DNA of 64,000 nt from Acidobacteriota bacterium (GTDB lineage Bacteria; Acidobacteriota; UBA6911; RPQK01; JAJDTT01): the NCBI GenBank assembly GCA_965263035.1, contig OZ253580.1, positions 4,864,001 to 4,928,000 on the forward strand. Reading direction: 5' to 3'. The translations under genes and the position numbers were made by a program. Below are positions 17,900-26,614 of this stretch, piece after piece; the stretch's first letter is position 1; each line of letters starts with the position of its first letter. The notes under the pieces were generated by a model. The model was not told where the DNA came from. It searched no databases and was given only the letters and a program-made list of their open reading frames with translations.

Positions 17900-18357
17900 T
17901 ACCTATTCCTGTTGATGCGTTCGTACCATCTACCGATCGCCCGCCCGCATTCTGGATCAAGGATGCCCGAGCTCGCCGACTTCAGCCGCTCGACAACCGT
18001 TGCCTCGCCGGGATCGAGGACGATCTCCTTCGCACCCGGCCCGAGCATTTCCAACAGCCGCCGCCGTCTCGCCGGTGATCCGTCTGAGTTGGTGGCCACG
18101 ATATCGAAACCCATTTCCCGGCCTCGCCGGATTACGTCCTGCCTCAAACGCTCAGTTATCGGCAACAGGGAGAGATCCGCACCGCGCCGGATCGGGAATC
18201 GGCCTGTAGTCGGGTCGCGCCTGGTCCCGGTGATCGAATTAAAGACAGAAGTGAAATCCGCGAGGATCGCGTTCCGACCAGTCGTTCCGAGAGTCGCCAA
18301 GGCAAGTTTGCTCTTCCCGGTCCCGGCTGGCCCTGAGATCAATACGCTACCAGGCAT
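17899..18357 (-). CDS. Small P-loop NTPase/kinase (AAA_33-like)
   Basis: Walker A VLISGPAGTGKS at the N-terminus, 152 aa, GGAGG RBS. Confidence 0.7.
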   Translation of the reverse strand: MPGSVLISGPAGTGKSKLALATLGTTGRNAILADFTSVFNSITGTRRDPTTGRFPIRRGADLSLLPITERLRQDVIRRGREMGFDIVATNSDGSPARRRRLLEMLGPGAKEIVLDPGEATVVERLKSASSGILDPECGRAIGRWYERINRNR

Positions 18358-18383
18358 TTTACGCCAGTGCCTCCGCTCACCCG

Positions 18384-19580
18384 CTAAGAGTGCTGAACCT
18401 GGACGCGCTTCCAGCCGTCAGTCTCGATGACTTTGAACGCGACCAGCAAAATCGCAGTCAAGGAGATGATTCCTGTGGCCTTGCCCGAAATTTCGTCTAC
18501 CAAAAGCTGTATACCCTGCCACACGGGAGCAACCGCGTCCTGCCTGCCGCTGCCGAGACGGACGATGCAATCCTGCTTAGGATTGCTCCCGGTTGTCGCT
18601 GCCGGGACATGCGCCGAGATCCTGACGCCCGCCGTGATGTCCCGGAGACGTTCGATCGCGTTTCTCTCGCCGCTACTCGTGTTTCGATACAAGCTGGCCA
18701 TGCTGACCAAAGTCTCGTTCCCGATCAGAACCCGGAGTTCCGATTCGGAGGAAACCCGCCTGCCCGTAACCAGCCCGTAAGCAAGTCGAGAGAGATACGT
18801 GGTGTGAGTTGCGACCGCTGACGACGATGTGCGGGAAACGTCCGAGACGATCTGAGCAACCATCCGAGAATCGAGCCGTTCCGACAATCCACTCGAAAGC
18901 GCGAGCCTCAAGGCTTGATCCATGTTTGGGAATTTCGCCAAATCTGTCCTGCGGAATGAGAACGCGGCAGAAATTCGACCAGGTTCCAAAAGTTCCGCGC
19001 TGAACGCGCCGTCGGTCTCGGCATGACTTGTCGACGTGGTACTCGGCCCGTGGACCGTCGGCCTTGTCGTCAACACCGGAAAAGACGCCGCCCCCGCCTC
19101 GACCCTGGGAGAAAAAATTCCCATCCAAGCGGAATCTCCGAGAGCGAAAGCCGGTTGCAAGATCGGTGCCTGAGAAGCCGCCGCCGGAGTGTGAGATGTG
19201 GACGCCGGGACAGTCGCCACGGCCCGCTGTTCCAGCATCTCCAGCGGGATCATGTCAGCCGGGAGCTTGAAGTGATCCTGGATCTCCTTCTCCGCTCCGG
19301 AGCTGCTTGAACGCCGCTCGATTACCGCCTGGAAGATGTTTCCGACGTTCGCCCGATCCGACAGCCGCGCCAAAGCGGAATTCTCTCCGCCGTCACTCGG
19401 CTGGATGTCGCCCTCGGCCTTGATCGCGGCCCGGAGCTGGATCTCAGTATTGCCGAGATCCGTTTCGGCCTTCGTGATCGTTTCCTTGTCTTCCGCAGTG
19501 ATCGTTTCCTTGCGAGAAAGATCGAGCAACTTCGAGCGAATTTCCGACGCCCGAATGGTGAGCTTCTGTGCTTGAGTCAA
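18384..19580 (-). CDS. Phage major capsid protein (HK97 fold with N-terminal coiled-coil scaffold)
   Basis: TTG start with GGAGG RBS; helical N-terminus; LEPGRISAAFSFRRTDL...DQALRLALSSGLSERLD resembles the HK97 spine helix; ~398 aa; clustered with protease and portal. Confidence 0.75.
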   Translation of the reverse strand: MTQAQKLTIRASEIRSKLLDLSRKETITAEDKETITKAETDLGNTEIQLRAAIKAEGDIQPSDGGENSALARLSDRANVGNIFQAVIERRSSSSGAEKEIQDHFKLPADMIPLEMLEQRAVATVPASTSHTPAAASQAPILQPAFALGDSAWMGIFSPRVEAGAASFPVLTTRPTVHGPSTTSTSHAETDGAFSAELLEPGRISAAFSFRRTDLAKFPNMDQALRLALSSGLSERLDSRMVAQIVSDVSRTSSSAVATHTTYLSRLAYGLVTGRRVSSESELRVLIGNETLVSMASLYRNTSSGERNAIERLRDITAGVRISAHVPAATTGSNPKQDCIVRLGSGRQDAVAPVWQGIQLLVDEISGKATGIISLTAILLVAFKVIETDGWKRVQVQHS

Positions 19581-19630
19581 CGTGCTGTCCTCCGGTTGAT
19601 TGATCGGTTCCAGGTCGATTTTAGCACAGT

Positions 19631-19646
19631 TGGCACGGGAATTGCT
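19631..19646 (+). promoter_or_regulatory. Sigma54 -24/-12 motif pointing antisense into HNH/terL
   Basis: TGGCACGGGAATTGCT matches the consensus TGGCACG-N4-TTGCW exactly. Confidence 0.55.
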
Positions 19647-19651
19647 CATAG

Positions 19652-19667
19652 AGCAATCATAGTGCCA
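19652..19667 (-). promoter_or_regulatory. Sigma54 -24/-12 promoter of the capsid operon
   Basis: Minus strand TGGCACTATGATTGCT (GG-N10-GC), ~70 bp upstream of the capsid start. Confidence 0.6.
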
Positions 19668-19671
19668 AATC

Positions 19672-20046
19672 TCAGTCCACCTTCCTCAAATATCGGTTGG
19701 AGGCTGTTTCAGTCTCGACCAGGTGATCGACCAGCCGGCTCCACCGCTTCTCAGCAGCCGTCAACGGCCTGGAATTCTCACGTGCCGTCTTGCGGATGTG
19801 GCAATCCCGGCAGAGCGTTTGCAGGTTGTCCGTATGCTCCCGCCCGCCCTGAGAAAGCGGGATTATGTGATCCACTTCCAGGCGGCCCGCCTTGCCGCAG
19901 TCGATGTTCTGGCAACGGAAGTTGTCTCGATGTAGCACCCGCATCCGAAGCACCCGCCACGCCCGTTGAGAGATCGTGTGCCGCTTCGCCCGCTTCGCCC
20001 GCTTCGCCAGTGGAGAGCCCGGCGTACCGCCCCAATTCGCCATCAT
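19672..20046 (-). CDS. HNH endonuclease (HK97 gp74-like terminase cofactor)
   Basis: RDNFRCQNIDCG...LEVDHIIPLSQGG...NLQTLCRDCHIRKT; ATGA-coupled to terL. Confidence 0.9.
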   Translation of the reverse strand: MMANWGGTPGSPLAKRAKRAKRHTISQRAWRVLRMRVLHRDNFRCQNIDCGKAGRLEVDHIIPLSQGGREHTDNLQTLCRDCHIRKTARENSRPLTAAEKRWSRLVDHLVETETASNRYLRKVD

Positions 20047-21467
20047 GCCAATGCCGTCCTCAATCGGCGGGGCGCCGCGTTCTTCTCGGACCTATGGAAC
20101 ACCCCCGCCACAAGCACCAGGGAAGCCGCCACGTCGTCTCTTCCTCGGTTGGAGCTATCCTTCTTCACCAACCGGACGGACCCTTGGTCGTCCGACTTGA
20201 CCCGAGCCGCGGCGAGCGAAGCCTCGAACAGGGAGTGAGAGCTTTTAGGGCATGACAATGGGCCATCCCTCACAATGCGCCGTAGAGAGTCAATGTCCTC
20301 CGTGGCCTCCGACCACCTGGCAACCCGTGGGACAATCGGAATCCCAGGACCGATAGCATCCTTCAGTGCCTTCAACCGGAACCTGTCACAGACGACAGAC
20401 GCCGGACGCCCCCAGCGCCTCATGACAGCTTGATGTAGATGATGCGGTTCGGGGTCACGCTTTCCAGGTACGGTGACAAGCTGGCCGCCATCCTCGAGGA
20501 GCTGGTAAAGGCCCGCAGGGACATTATCCCGCTGTTCCTGCTTGCGGAGGCTGGGGATACCCGGTGCCACCGCTATGCACTCTGTACGCCCATTCCTCCA
20601 CATCCCGCAGGCCGCGTCCCATGCTCTTCCCCCTCCGATATCAATCGAAACGATCGGGCGACCTACTCGGGGAGGGACCGGTCGGGCCTTCACCATCTCC
20701 CACTCCTCGACCGTGATTAAAGTGACCTCCTCGTCCATGGTCGGGAGGTTCATGCGGTAGCTGAGGAACCGCGACTTCAAGCGGGAGTCCCGCAAAGCCG
20801 CGTCCCTTTCCTCGATCAACTTCGCCAGGAACCGACCCGATATCCGAGTCAGGGGATTGACCCGCTTGATCTCCTCTATGTCGTCCCACAGCTTGCGCTT
20901 CCCCTGGAGCGTCATGACGTAGGTGCTCCCGTGGGAGCCACCGGCCACCATGTCCGGCCACCAGCCTGTCGTAGTGGGAGCCAGAGTTCCGATCAAGATC
21001 AATCGAAGTGGTGAGCCCGGCTTCCCCATTGCCGTCGAAAGGGAGTCGTATAACAACTGACCATTATTCACCTGCCAAGCTCCAGGTTCGTCCCCTACCA
21101 CCAGCGGCACATTGACCAGTCCAAACGACCCCTTCGCGTTGGAGCTCAACACCCGCACCCGCGTGTTCGATTCCACGTGGCGGATGCCGATCCTGTTGAA
21201 GGAATCCAGGAACCTGTAACCGCCCAGCGGTTCCAGATCGGCCCGGACGAAGTTGTAGACGATCCTCGCCTGTTCGAGGCTTGCCGCCGTCAGAACAACC
21301 TCTTTCCCGGGATGGAAAAGGGAGTCGCCCGGAATCATCGCCCGCTTCACCAGGTGAGCCCCGAGGAAAGATTTCCCATTGCCACGAGGGGCACTGAGAC
21401 AGGCCAGGTCAATCCCGTCGGCCGTCGCCCGCTCGATGAACTTCCGCTGAAACGGTTCAAGCCTCAT
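20043..21467 (-). CDS. Phage terminase large subunit
   Basis: LEPFQ adenine-binding motif, Walker A PRGNGKS, Walker B VVGDE, LILIGT, nuclease-domain SIDIG and RDD. Confidence 0.88.
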   Translation of the reverse strand: MRLEPFQRKFIERATADGIDLACLSAPRGNGKSFLGAHLVKRAMIPGDSLFHPGKEVVLTAASLEQARIVYNFVRADLEPLGGYRFLDSFNRIGIRHVESNTRVRVLSSNAKGSFGLVNVPLVVGDEPGAWQVNNGQLLYDSLSTAMGKPGSPLRLILIGTLAPTTTGWWPDMVAGGSHGSTYVMTLQGKRKLWDDIEEIKRVNPLTRISGRFLAKLIEERDAALRDSRLKSRFLSYRMNLPTMDEEVTLITVEEWEMVKARPVPPRVGRPIVSIDIGGGRAWDAACGMWRNGRTECIAVAPGIPSLRKQEQRDNVPAGLYQLLEDGGQLVTVPGKRDPEPHHLHQAVMRRWGRPASVVCDRFRLKALKDAIGPGIPIVPRVARWSEATEDIDSLRRIVRDGPLSCPKSSHSLFEASLAAARVKSDDQGSVRLVKKDSSNRGRDDVAASLVLVAGVFHRSEKNAAPRRLRTALA

Positions 21468-21567
21468 TTTGACCCCCGGAGGCCCTTTTCCATGCACGCT
21501 CTAGCCCACCCCACGGATCTGGGCCCCTCCCCCCGGATCGGCGGTGCCATATGCCCGCGCCCCGGCC

Positions 21568-21825
21568 CTACTCAGCAACACGCCAGCGGGCCTGCGCCCG
21601 CTGCTCGGTTCGAACGTCCTCAGCAATCATGGCGTCAGCAATCTCAAAGCAAACCGCCGCAAGCGCAGGGATTCGCGCTTGGAGATCCGCTTCCGGTTGT
21701 TCATGCCCAGTAGTCCAATTCGAGGACGCCAATGCCTGCCCCGCGTACCACTGCCGCAGGTTCATGTTCTTCATGGGCATTCTCGCCCGGTACAACATTT
21801 TTTCATTCAGTTCCTTGTCAGTCAT
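21568..21825 (-). CDS. Phage hypothetical protein (MTLRDYFA...ADAM family)
   Basis: MNLRQWYAGQAL...CFEIADAMIAE matches a common small phage protein pattern; GGAGGG RBS. Confidence 0.7.
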   Translation of the reverse strand: MTDKELNEKMLYRARMPMKNMNLRQWYAGQALASSNWTTGHEQPEADLQARIPALAAVCFEIADAMIAEDVRTEQRAQARWRVAE

Positions 21826-22019
21826 GATTCCCTCCATTCGTTCCCACTCTGCCAAGTGCACACATAAACACAGTGCACAGAGGATCCCCTATGACTACTG
21901 CAATCCGTTACACTTCTCCGTCCATATATAGAGCGCTCTGAGCACTCCCAGCAGAGCGGCTCGTCAGTGGCACCATGTCTCCGCCTTTCCATGTGATATC
22001 GTTTCTCACTCATCATCAT
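21822..22019 (-). CDS. Small Cys-rich hypothetical protein
   Basis: AAGGAGGA RBS; CWEC and CVYVC; ATGA overlap with the next gene. Confidence 0.5.
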   Translation of the reverse strand: MMMSEKRYHMERRRHGATDEPLCWECSERSIYGRRSVTDCSSHRGSSVHCVYVCTWQSGNEWRES

Positions 22020-22038
22020 TCCTCCTTGTAAGTTCAAC

Positions 22039-22347
22039 TTAGATTGCTCGTTCCTTCCACAGGATCTGCACAGGGACTCGACCCCGACCGATGACGCTCC
22101 GGTAGTCTCCGGCCAGCACGTCGGCGGCTGGCTTAAGGCACCATTTATGAGCTGCCCCAATATGCCCCCACCCCTCCGCGATGAACCTCGTTCCCCGATG
22201 CGGAAGGCGAAGCACCCGCACACAGTCGAAGTCCGGAGCCGAGAGCCCCGACAGAGTGAACAGCTCGAAGTCGAATACGACTCGGTGCGGTTCGCTCCGC
22301 TGTCGATAGATGGCGAATACCATGCTCTGTTCCTCCAAGTGATTCAC
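22039..22347 (-). CDS. Hypothetical protein
   Basis: GTGA overlap with the recombinase stop; 102 aa. Confidence 0.5.
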   Translation of the reverse strand: MNHLEEQSMVFAIYRQRSEPHRVVFDFELFTLSGLSAPDFDCVRVLRLPHRGTRFIAEGWGHIGAAHKWCLKPAADVLAGDYRSVIGRGRVPVQILWKERAI

Positions 22348-23522
22348 CCTTGCCCATTCTGAGATTCGTGTAGCCGAGAGACAGCCCCGCGTCGAGCATC
22401 AGTTGTCTCTGTGTACCGCAGCACGGTCGCAGTACTCTTCCACCGGCCAGCCCGCGCGACTTCCTGGATTGGCTCGCGGTTTTCGGTGAGGGTCTGCGCC
22501 ATGCCACGCCGGAAAGAGTGACCGCCATACCGTCCCTTGAGCCCGCATTGCTCACACCTGTTCTTGGTGATGTCCCGGATCGTGCGAGGATGCATCCCTG
22601 TATCGGATGGTCGCCCCGAGTGAAACACCTTACGGAACAGCGGTCCCGGACCGATCCGGGAGCTCTCAGTCCAGACCCGCACCTTCATCATGGCTGGCGG
22701 GCTGATAAACAGGGTAGCTCCCTCGCCGTTCTGGTCTGTCTTGGAGCGTCGAATAGTGAGCAGCCCGGACCCGTCGTCTTGGTCTTCCAGGTCCGACACT
22801 TCAAGCGCGGCCAACTCGCCGACCCGCAACAATCCGTCGAATAGCAAGCTGAAGATCGCCGCATCCCGGATGCCCCGGAGCCCGTACTCCCCTTCACAGT
22901 GAGCCACCAGTTTCGCCACGTCCGCCGCCCTCAGTTCCTTCACAGACCCCTTCGCCCGGGACGCTCCTTCCCGTCTGATGCGCTTCATGACCGCCCTACT
23001 CAGCACCCCGTAGGGATCAGGGTCGCCCATGGCCTTGGCCCGGAACACCAAGACCCGAACATCAAGACCGATCGTTCCCGGCGACACGGGAGGATCGGTT
23101 TGCTCGAAGCGATCTTCCAGGTATCGGGAAAGGATGGCGTCCGTGATCTCGGAAGAGCCGGAGCAGTTCACCAAGTGCTTGTCGATGCGGTTGATGATGC
23201 CCAGGTATTGGGTCCGCGTAGACAGCGCCAGACTCGCCAGCGCGACGTCCAGCTTGTCACCAGCGGTCAGCTCGGCCGCCGGCGTGGTCCACCGCTCCGA
23301 AGTCTCCGTGCTGGGCAGACCAGCTTCCGCCCGGTACTCCTCGTAATCGTTCAGAGCTTGCTGCTTCATGCAGAGCAGGGAGTGCATCCTGTAGTCGATC
23401 AGAGCCTGAAACTCCTCGATGGCTTGATCGATTTTCTCGATGTGAGTTTCCATCCGTGCTACTTCGTCGTGCGGGAGAATCTGGATATTGAATTTCACCG
23501 GCTCCCGCTTCTTCTCTGCCAT
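22344..23522 (-). CDS. Tyrosine recombinase/integrase, Cre-like clade
   Basis: RDAAI...LLRVGEL (R), RRSKTDQ (K), GHSFRRG (HxxR), GRWKS (W), VLRY (Y); AGGAG RBS before ATG 23522. Confidence 0.92.
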   Translation of the reverse strand: MAEKKREPVKFNIQILPHDEVARMETHIEKIDQAIEEFQALIDYRMHSLLCMKQQALNDYEEYRAEAGLPSTETSERWTTPAAELTAGDKLDVALASLALSTRTQYLGIINRIDKHLVNCSGSSEITDAILSRYLEDRFEQTDPPVSPGTIGLDVRVLVFRAKAMGDPDPYGVLSRAVMKRIRREGASRAKGSVKELRAADVAKLVAHCEGEYGLRGIRDAAIFSLLFDGLLRVGELAALEVSDLEDQDDGSGLLTIRRSKTDQNGEGATLFISPPAMMKVRVWTESSRIGPGPLFRKVFHSGRPSDTGMHPRTIRDITKNRCEQCGLKGRYGGHSFRRGMAQTLTENREPIQEVARAGRWKSTATVLRYTETTDARRGAVSRLHESQNGQG

Positions 23523-23583
23523 TTCGTTCTCCTGGTTGGGTTGGTGATGATCGGTCACCAGGAGAGCTTACCAGAGTTGGGGG

Positions 23584-23612
23584 ATAATGGGTAGTGTCCC
23601 GTCTATTGTCAA
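23584..23612 (-). promoter_or_regulatory. Putative sigma70 promoter of the recombinase operon
   Basis: Minus strand TTGACA-N17-CATTAT; the -35 box lies inside the right att-like repeat. Confidence 0.5.
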
Positions 23613-23619
23613 CGGAATG
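23605..23619 (+). repeat. Candidate att core, right copy
   Basis: ATTGTCAACGGAATG, ~80 bp from the recombinase start. Confidence 0.45.
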
Positions 23620-23663
23620 GACGGTGTCTTCAAAACTCATATAGGCCGGTAGACGGTAAGCCG

Positions 23664-25517
23664 TCACCGGGCGACCAGGGGCAGGGTGACATGTGACGGC
23701 CGGCTCCGGTCATGGAACACGGTGTTGCGGGCGATGGTCCAACTCCGTTCCCGGCCCAGCGGCTCCCCGGTGTTGGGATTGACGTCGAACCGCGGGAAGT
23801 TGCTGGAGGAGACGTCCAGGCGAATCCGGTGTCCCTTTTGGAAGCGGTTGGCCGTGGGGTAGAGGACGATGGTGATGGACGCCACCTCTCCCGGCTCCAA
23901 GAGCCGTGCCGTGCCGCCGCTCTCGCGGTAGCGGACCCTGAGAATGCTGTCGCTCAGGTTCAGCGCGTAGCCTAGGGGATAGTCCGGGCCGGGGGGATAG
24001 ACGTCGATGAGCTTGGCGGTGAAGTCGGTGTCCCGTGCGGAGGAGGCGACCCAGAGCTTGACCTCCATGGGCCCTGCGATTTCCAGATCCTGTTCCAGCG
24101 GCGGCGTCTCGAACACCAGGACGTCGGGACGGGAGCCCAGGGGCAGATAGGGCGGCGTGCATCCGAAGAAGTCCGGACCCTCGGTCTGGTCAAACCCCCC
24201 GGACGGAGTCACGGCCTCGATCATGGTCGGTGTGGGGACCGATTCCGGCCGAACTCCCTGGGGCCAGGGCCGAACGTAGCTCAGGGAGGAGAAGTTCCCT
24301 CCGATGGTGGGGACCGGACGCCGCGGATCGTAGCGATAGCTGGTGGAGGATTCCTTCCGGTCGGAGGGGCGGGGCGACAGGGTCCGGTCCGGATGCAGGT
24401 AATAGGGCGTGGGCGCCGCCTGCGACAGCGGCCAGCCGTCTCCCTCGCGCCAATGCCCGCCGTGGTCCAGATTCCCCAAGCGGGTCCTGCGCCCGCTGCC
24501 GCCGCCCATGAGGAACCATCGGATGGCCGGCATGCGGGCCGCGTCCGTCTCCCGGCCCTTGAGCCACTGGTCGAACCAGTCCAGATGGAGGCGGTCCAGA
24601 CTCGCCAGTGGCGCTTCCGGTCCCAGGTCCGCGTCTCCGGACAGTTGTTCCTCGGTCGTGTAGGTGCCGTGCACCCAGGGACCCATGACGACCTTCACCG
24701 GCCCCGTCTTGGCACTCCTCAGAGCCTGGAAAGCCTCCAGCGTGGCGCGGGTGTAGGAGTCGTACCAGCCTCCGATCAGGAGAATGGGGACATCCGAGTG
24801 CTGCTCCAGGAACTCCTCGATGGCGAATCCGGGTTGTTTCCAGTACTCGTCGTAATCCCCGTGCCGGACCAGCTCCAGGGCCCAGCGCTCGTAACCGGGA
24901 AGTAACGAGAGCTGGCTCTGTCCCCTTCGCAGCGGCAGCCGCCGGAGCCAATGCCGAAAATCGGGACCCGACGACAGCCCCTCCTGCAACCAGGGGAGAG
25001 CGTTGGTTTCGGCGTTCCCGTGATTGACGGAGTGCCAGAAGGCCCAAGCCAGAAAACGGAGCTCGTAGGCCCCACCCTGGCGGACCGAGCTGGTATAGGC
25101 GTTCCAGCCGCCCATGACGGGGATCATGCAGGCGAGATGAGGAGGGTTCTGCGTGGCCAGGGTGCTCTGGGTCCAGGCCACGTAGGAGGTGCCGTAGGTC
25201 CCCACCTTCCCGTCGCACCACTCCTGCCGGGCCGTCCACTCCACGGCGTCGTAACCGTCGAAGGGTTCGTTGACCAGAAAGACCAGATCTCCCTCGGAGG
25301 AATGGCAGCCCCGGCAGTCCTGGACAACCACCGCATAGCCATGCTCGGCGTAGCGCTCGGCCCGCCGCATCCGCTCCAGTTCCTGCTTGCCGTAGGGAGT
25401 CCGTTCCAGGAGGGCAGGGAAGGGCCCCGAGGCGTCGGCGGGCCGGTAGACGTCGGTTCCCAGGCGGACTCCGTCCCGCATCGTGACCATGACGTTTCGA
25501 TCGATCCTCAGGGCCAT
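23664..25517 (-). CDS. CocE/NonD family hydrolase
   Basis: VMVTMRDGVRLGTDVYRP, RTPY, GTSY nucleophile, GGWYD, GPWVH, RIRLDVSSSNFPRFDVNPNTG. Confidence 0.92.
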   Translation of the reverse strand: MALRIDRNVMVTMRDGVRLGTDVYRPADASGPFPALLERTPYGKQELERMRRAERYAEHGYAVVVQDCRGCHSSEGDLVFLVNEPFDGYDAVEWTARQEWCDGKVGTYGTSYVAWTQSTLATQNPPHLACMIPVMGGWNAYTSSVRQGGAYELRFLAWAFWHSVNHGNAETNALPWLQEGLSSGPDFRHWLRRLPLRRGQSQLSLLPGYERWALELVRHGDYDEYWKQPGFAIEEFLEQHSDVPILLIGGWYDSYTRATLEAFQALRSAKTGPVKVVMGPWVHGTYTTEEQLSGDADLGPEAPLASLDRLHLDWFDQWLKGRETDAARMPAIRWFLMGGGSGRRTRLGNLDHGGHWREGDGWPLSQAAPTPYYLHPDRTLSPRPSDRKESSTSYRYDPRRPVPTIGGNFSSLSYVRPWPQGVRPESVPTPTMIEAVTPSGGFDQTEGPDFFGCTPPYLPLGSRPDVLVFETPPLEQDLEIAGPMEVKLWVASSARDTDFTAKLIDVYPPGPDYPLGYALNLSDSILRVRYRESGGTARLLEPGEVASITIVLYPTANRFQKGHRIRLDVSSSNFPRFDVNPNTGEPLGRERSWTIARNTVFHDRSRPSHVTLPLVAR

Positions 25518-25525
25518 GGGCGACC

Positions 25526-26614
25526 TCAATCCAGCAGTCTGTCCGGCTCCACCATGGGAATGGACCGGGAGCGGACGGCCCGCTCCACCGATTCCAGGTC
25601 CTTGAAACCGTGGCCCGTGACGATGCAGACGGCTCGGCCGGAAGGGGGCGCCGACCCCGCCGATCGGGCCTTCAGGTAGCCGGCGTAGGCGGTGGCCCCG
25701 GCGGGCTCGCAGTAGACGCCCCGGCTGAACAGCGCCTCCTGAGCCGAGAAGACTTCCTGGTCGCTCACCGGCTGTCCGCTACCGCCCGTCTCCAGGACCG
25801 CGTCCAGGGCCAGTTGGGCGTCGATGACGTTGGGGACCTGAAGACCCGAGATGGCCGAGGTGCACTCCACCTCCACCGCTAGGAATTCCCCCCGGTCCAA
25901 GGGGCCGGTGACGGTAGCGCAGCCTCGGGGCTGCACGGCGTGGATCCGGGGCACCCGGGAGATCCTGCCCTCGCGGAAATAGTCGGTGAACCCCCGGGCG
26001 ATAGCCGTCAGCAAACCTCCTCCGCCGATGGGAACGAAGACGTCGTCGACCTCGCCCAACTCGTCTGCGATCTCGTAGGCGATGCTCTTGACCCCGTCCA
26101 TCCCCTCGGGGCTGTAGGTGAAGGCGGAGATCTGGAGCGCGGCGCCTCTCGCCGGCGCCTCCCGCTGCAGGCGTACCATCACGTCGCGGCTGGCCGCCGG
26201 GTCCAGCCCGAATCCCCGGACCCGTTTCAAGACCGCCCCGTACGCGAGCATCTGAAGCGCCTTCCCTGCCGGTGTGGTCTCCACCAGAAAGATGTGGCAG
26301 GGGATCCCGGCTCGGGCGCAGTAGGCGGCCAGGGCCGAGCCGGTATTGCCCGAGGAAGTGGCCAGACAGGAGCGAAGACCCTCTTCCCGCATCCAGGAGA
26401 CGGCGCAACTGGCGAATCGATCCTTGTAGGAACCGGAGGGGTTGAGCTGCTCCATCTTCAGGAACGGTCCGTCATCCAATTGGACCAGGGGTGTTGCCCC
26501 CTCGCCCAGGGTGAGGACATGCCGGGTATCGCGAACCGGAAGGTATCGATGGTAATTCCACATGAACGTGATGGCGCCGGGCGGCGAACCGAGTCGGTTC
26601 GGGACGGCTGTCAA
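25526..26614 (-). CDS. Threonine synthase-like fold-type II PLP enzyme
   Basis: C-terminal part of ORF 25526..28030: TLGEGATPL, NPSGSYKDR (PLP Lys), SSGNTG, VPIGGGGL, CEPAGA, TGHGFKD. Start 26614 (TTG) or 26563 (ATG). Confidence 0.85.
   Translation of the reverse strand: MTAVPNRLGSPPGAITFMWNYHRYLPVRDTRHVLTLGEGATPLVQLDDGPFLKMEQLNPSGSYKDRFASCAVSWMREEGLRSCLATSSGNTGSALAAYCARAGIPCHIFLVETTPAGKALQMLAYGAVLKRVRGFGLDPAASRDVMVRLQREAPARGAALQISAFTYSPEGMDGVKSIAYEIADELGEVDDVFVPIGGGGLLTAIARGFTDYFREGRISRVPRIHAVQPRGCATVTGPLDRGEFLAVEVECTSAISGLQVPNVIDAQLALDAVLETGGSGQPVSDQEVFSAQEALFSRGVYCEPAGATAYAGYLKARSAGSAPPSGRAVCIVTGHGFKDLESVERAVRSRSIPMVEPDRLLD

Larger units (their letters stand above)
14291..23619 (-). mobile_element. 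Integrated phage-satellite-like element with a capsid/packaging module and no tail genes
   Basis: Recombinase at one end; TerL, HNH, capsid, protease, connector and portal all co-oriented; visibly more AT-rich than its flanks; bounded by the imperfect direct repeat ATTRTCAACGSAATG. Confidence 0.8.

Noticed and set aside
18384-19580. Encapsulin nanocompartment
   Set aside because: The shell gene is accompanied by portal, terminase and protease, which indicates DNA packaging.
14291-23619. Complete prophage
   Set aside because: Only ~9 kb, with no tail, lysis or replication genes; host genes resume on both sides.
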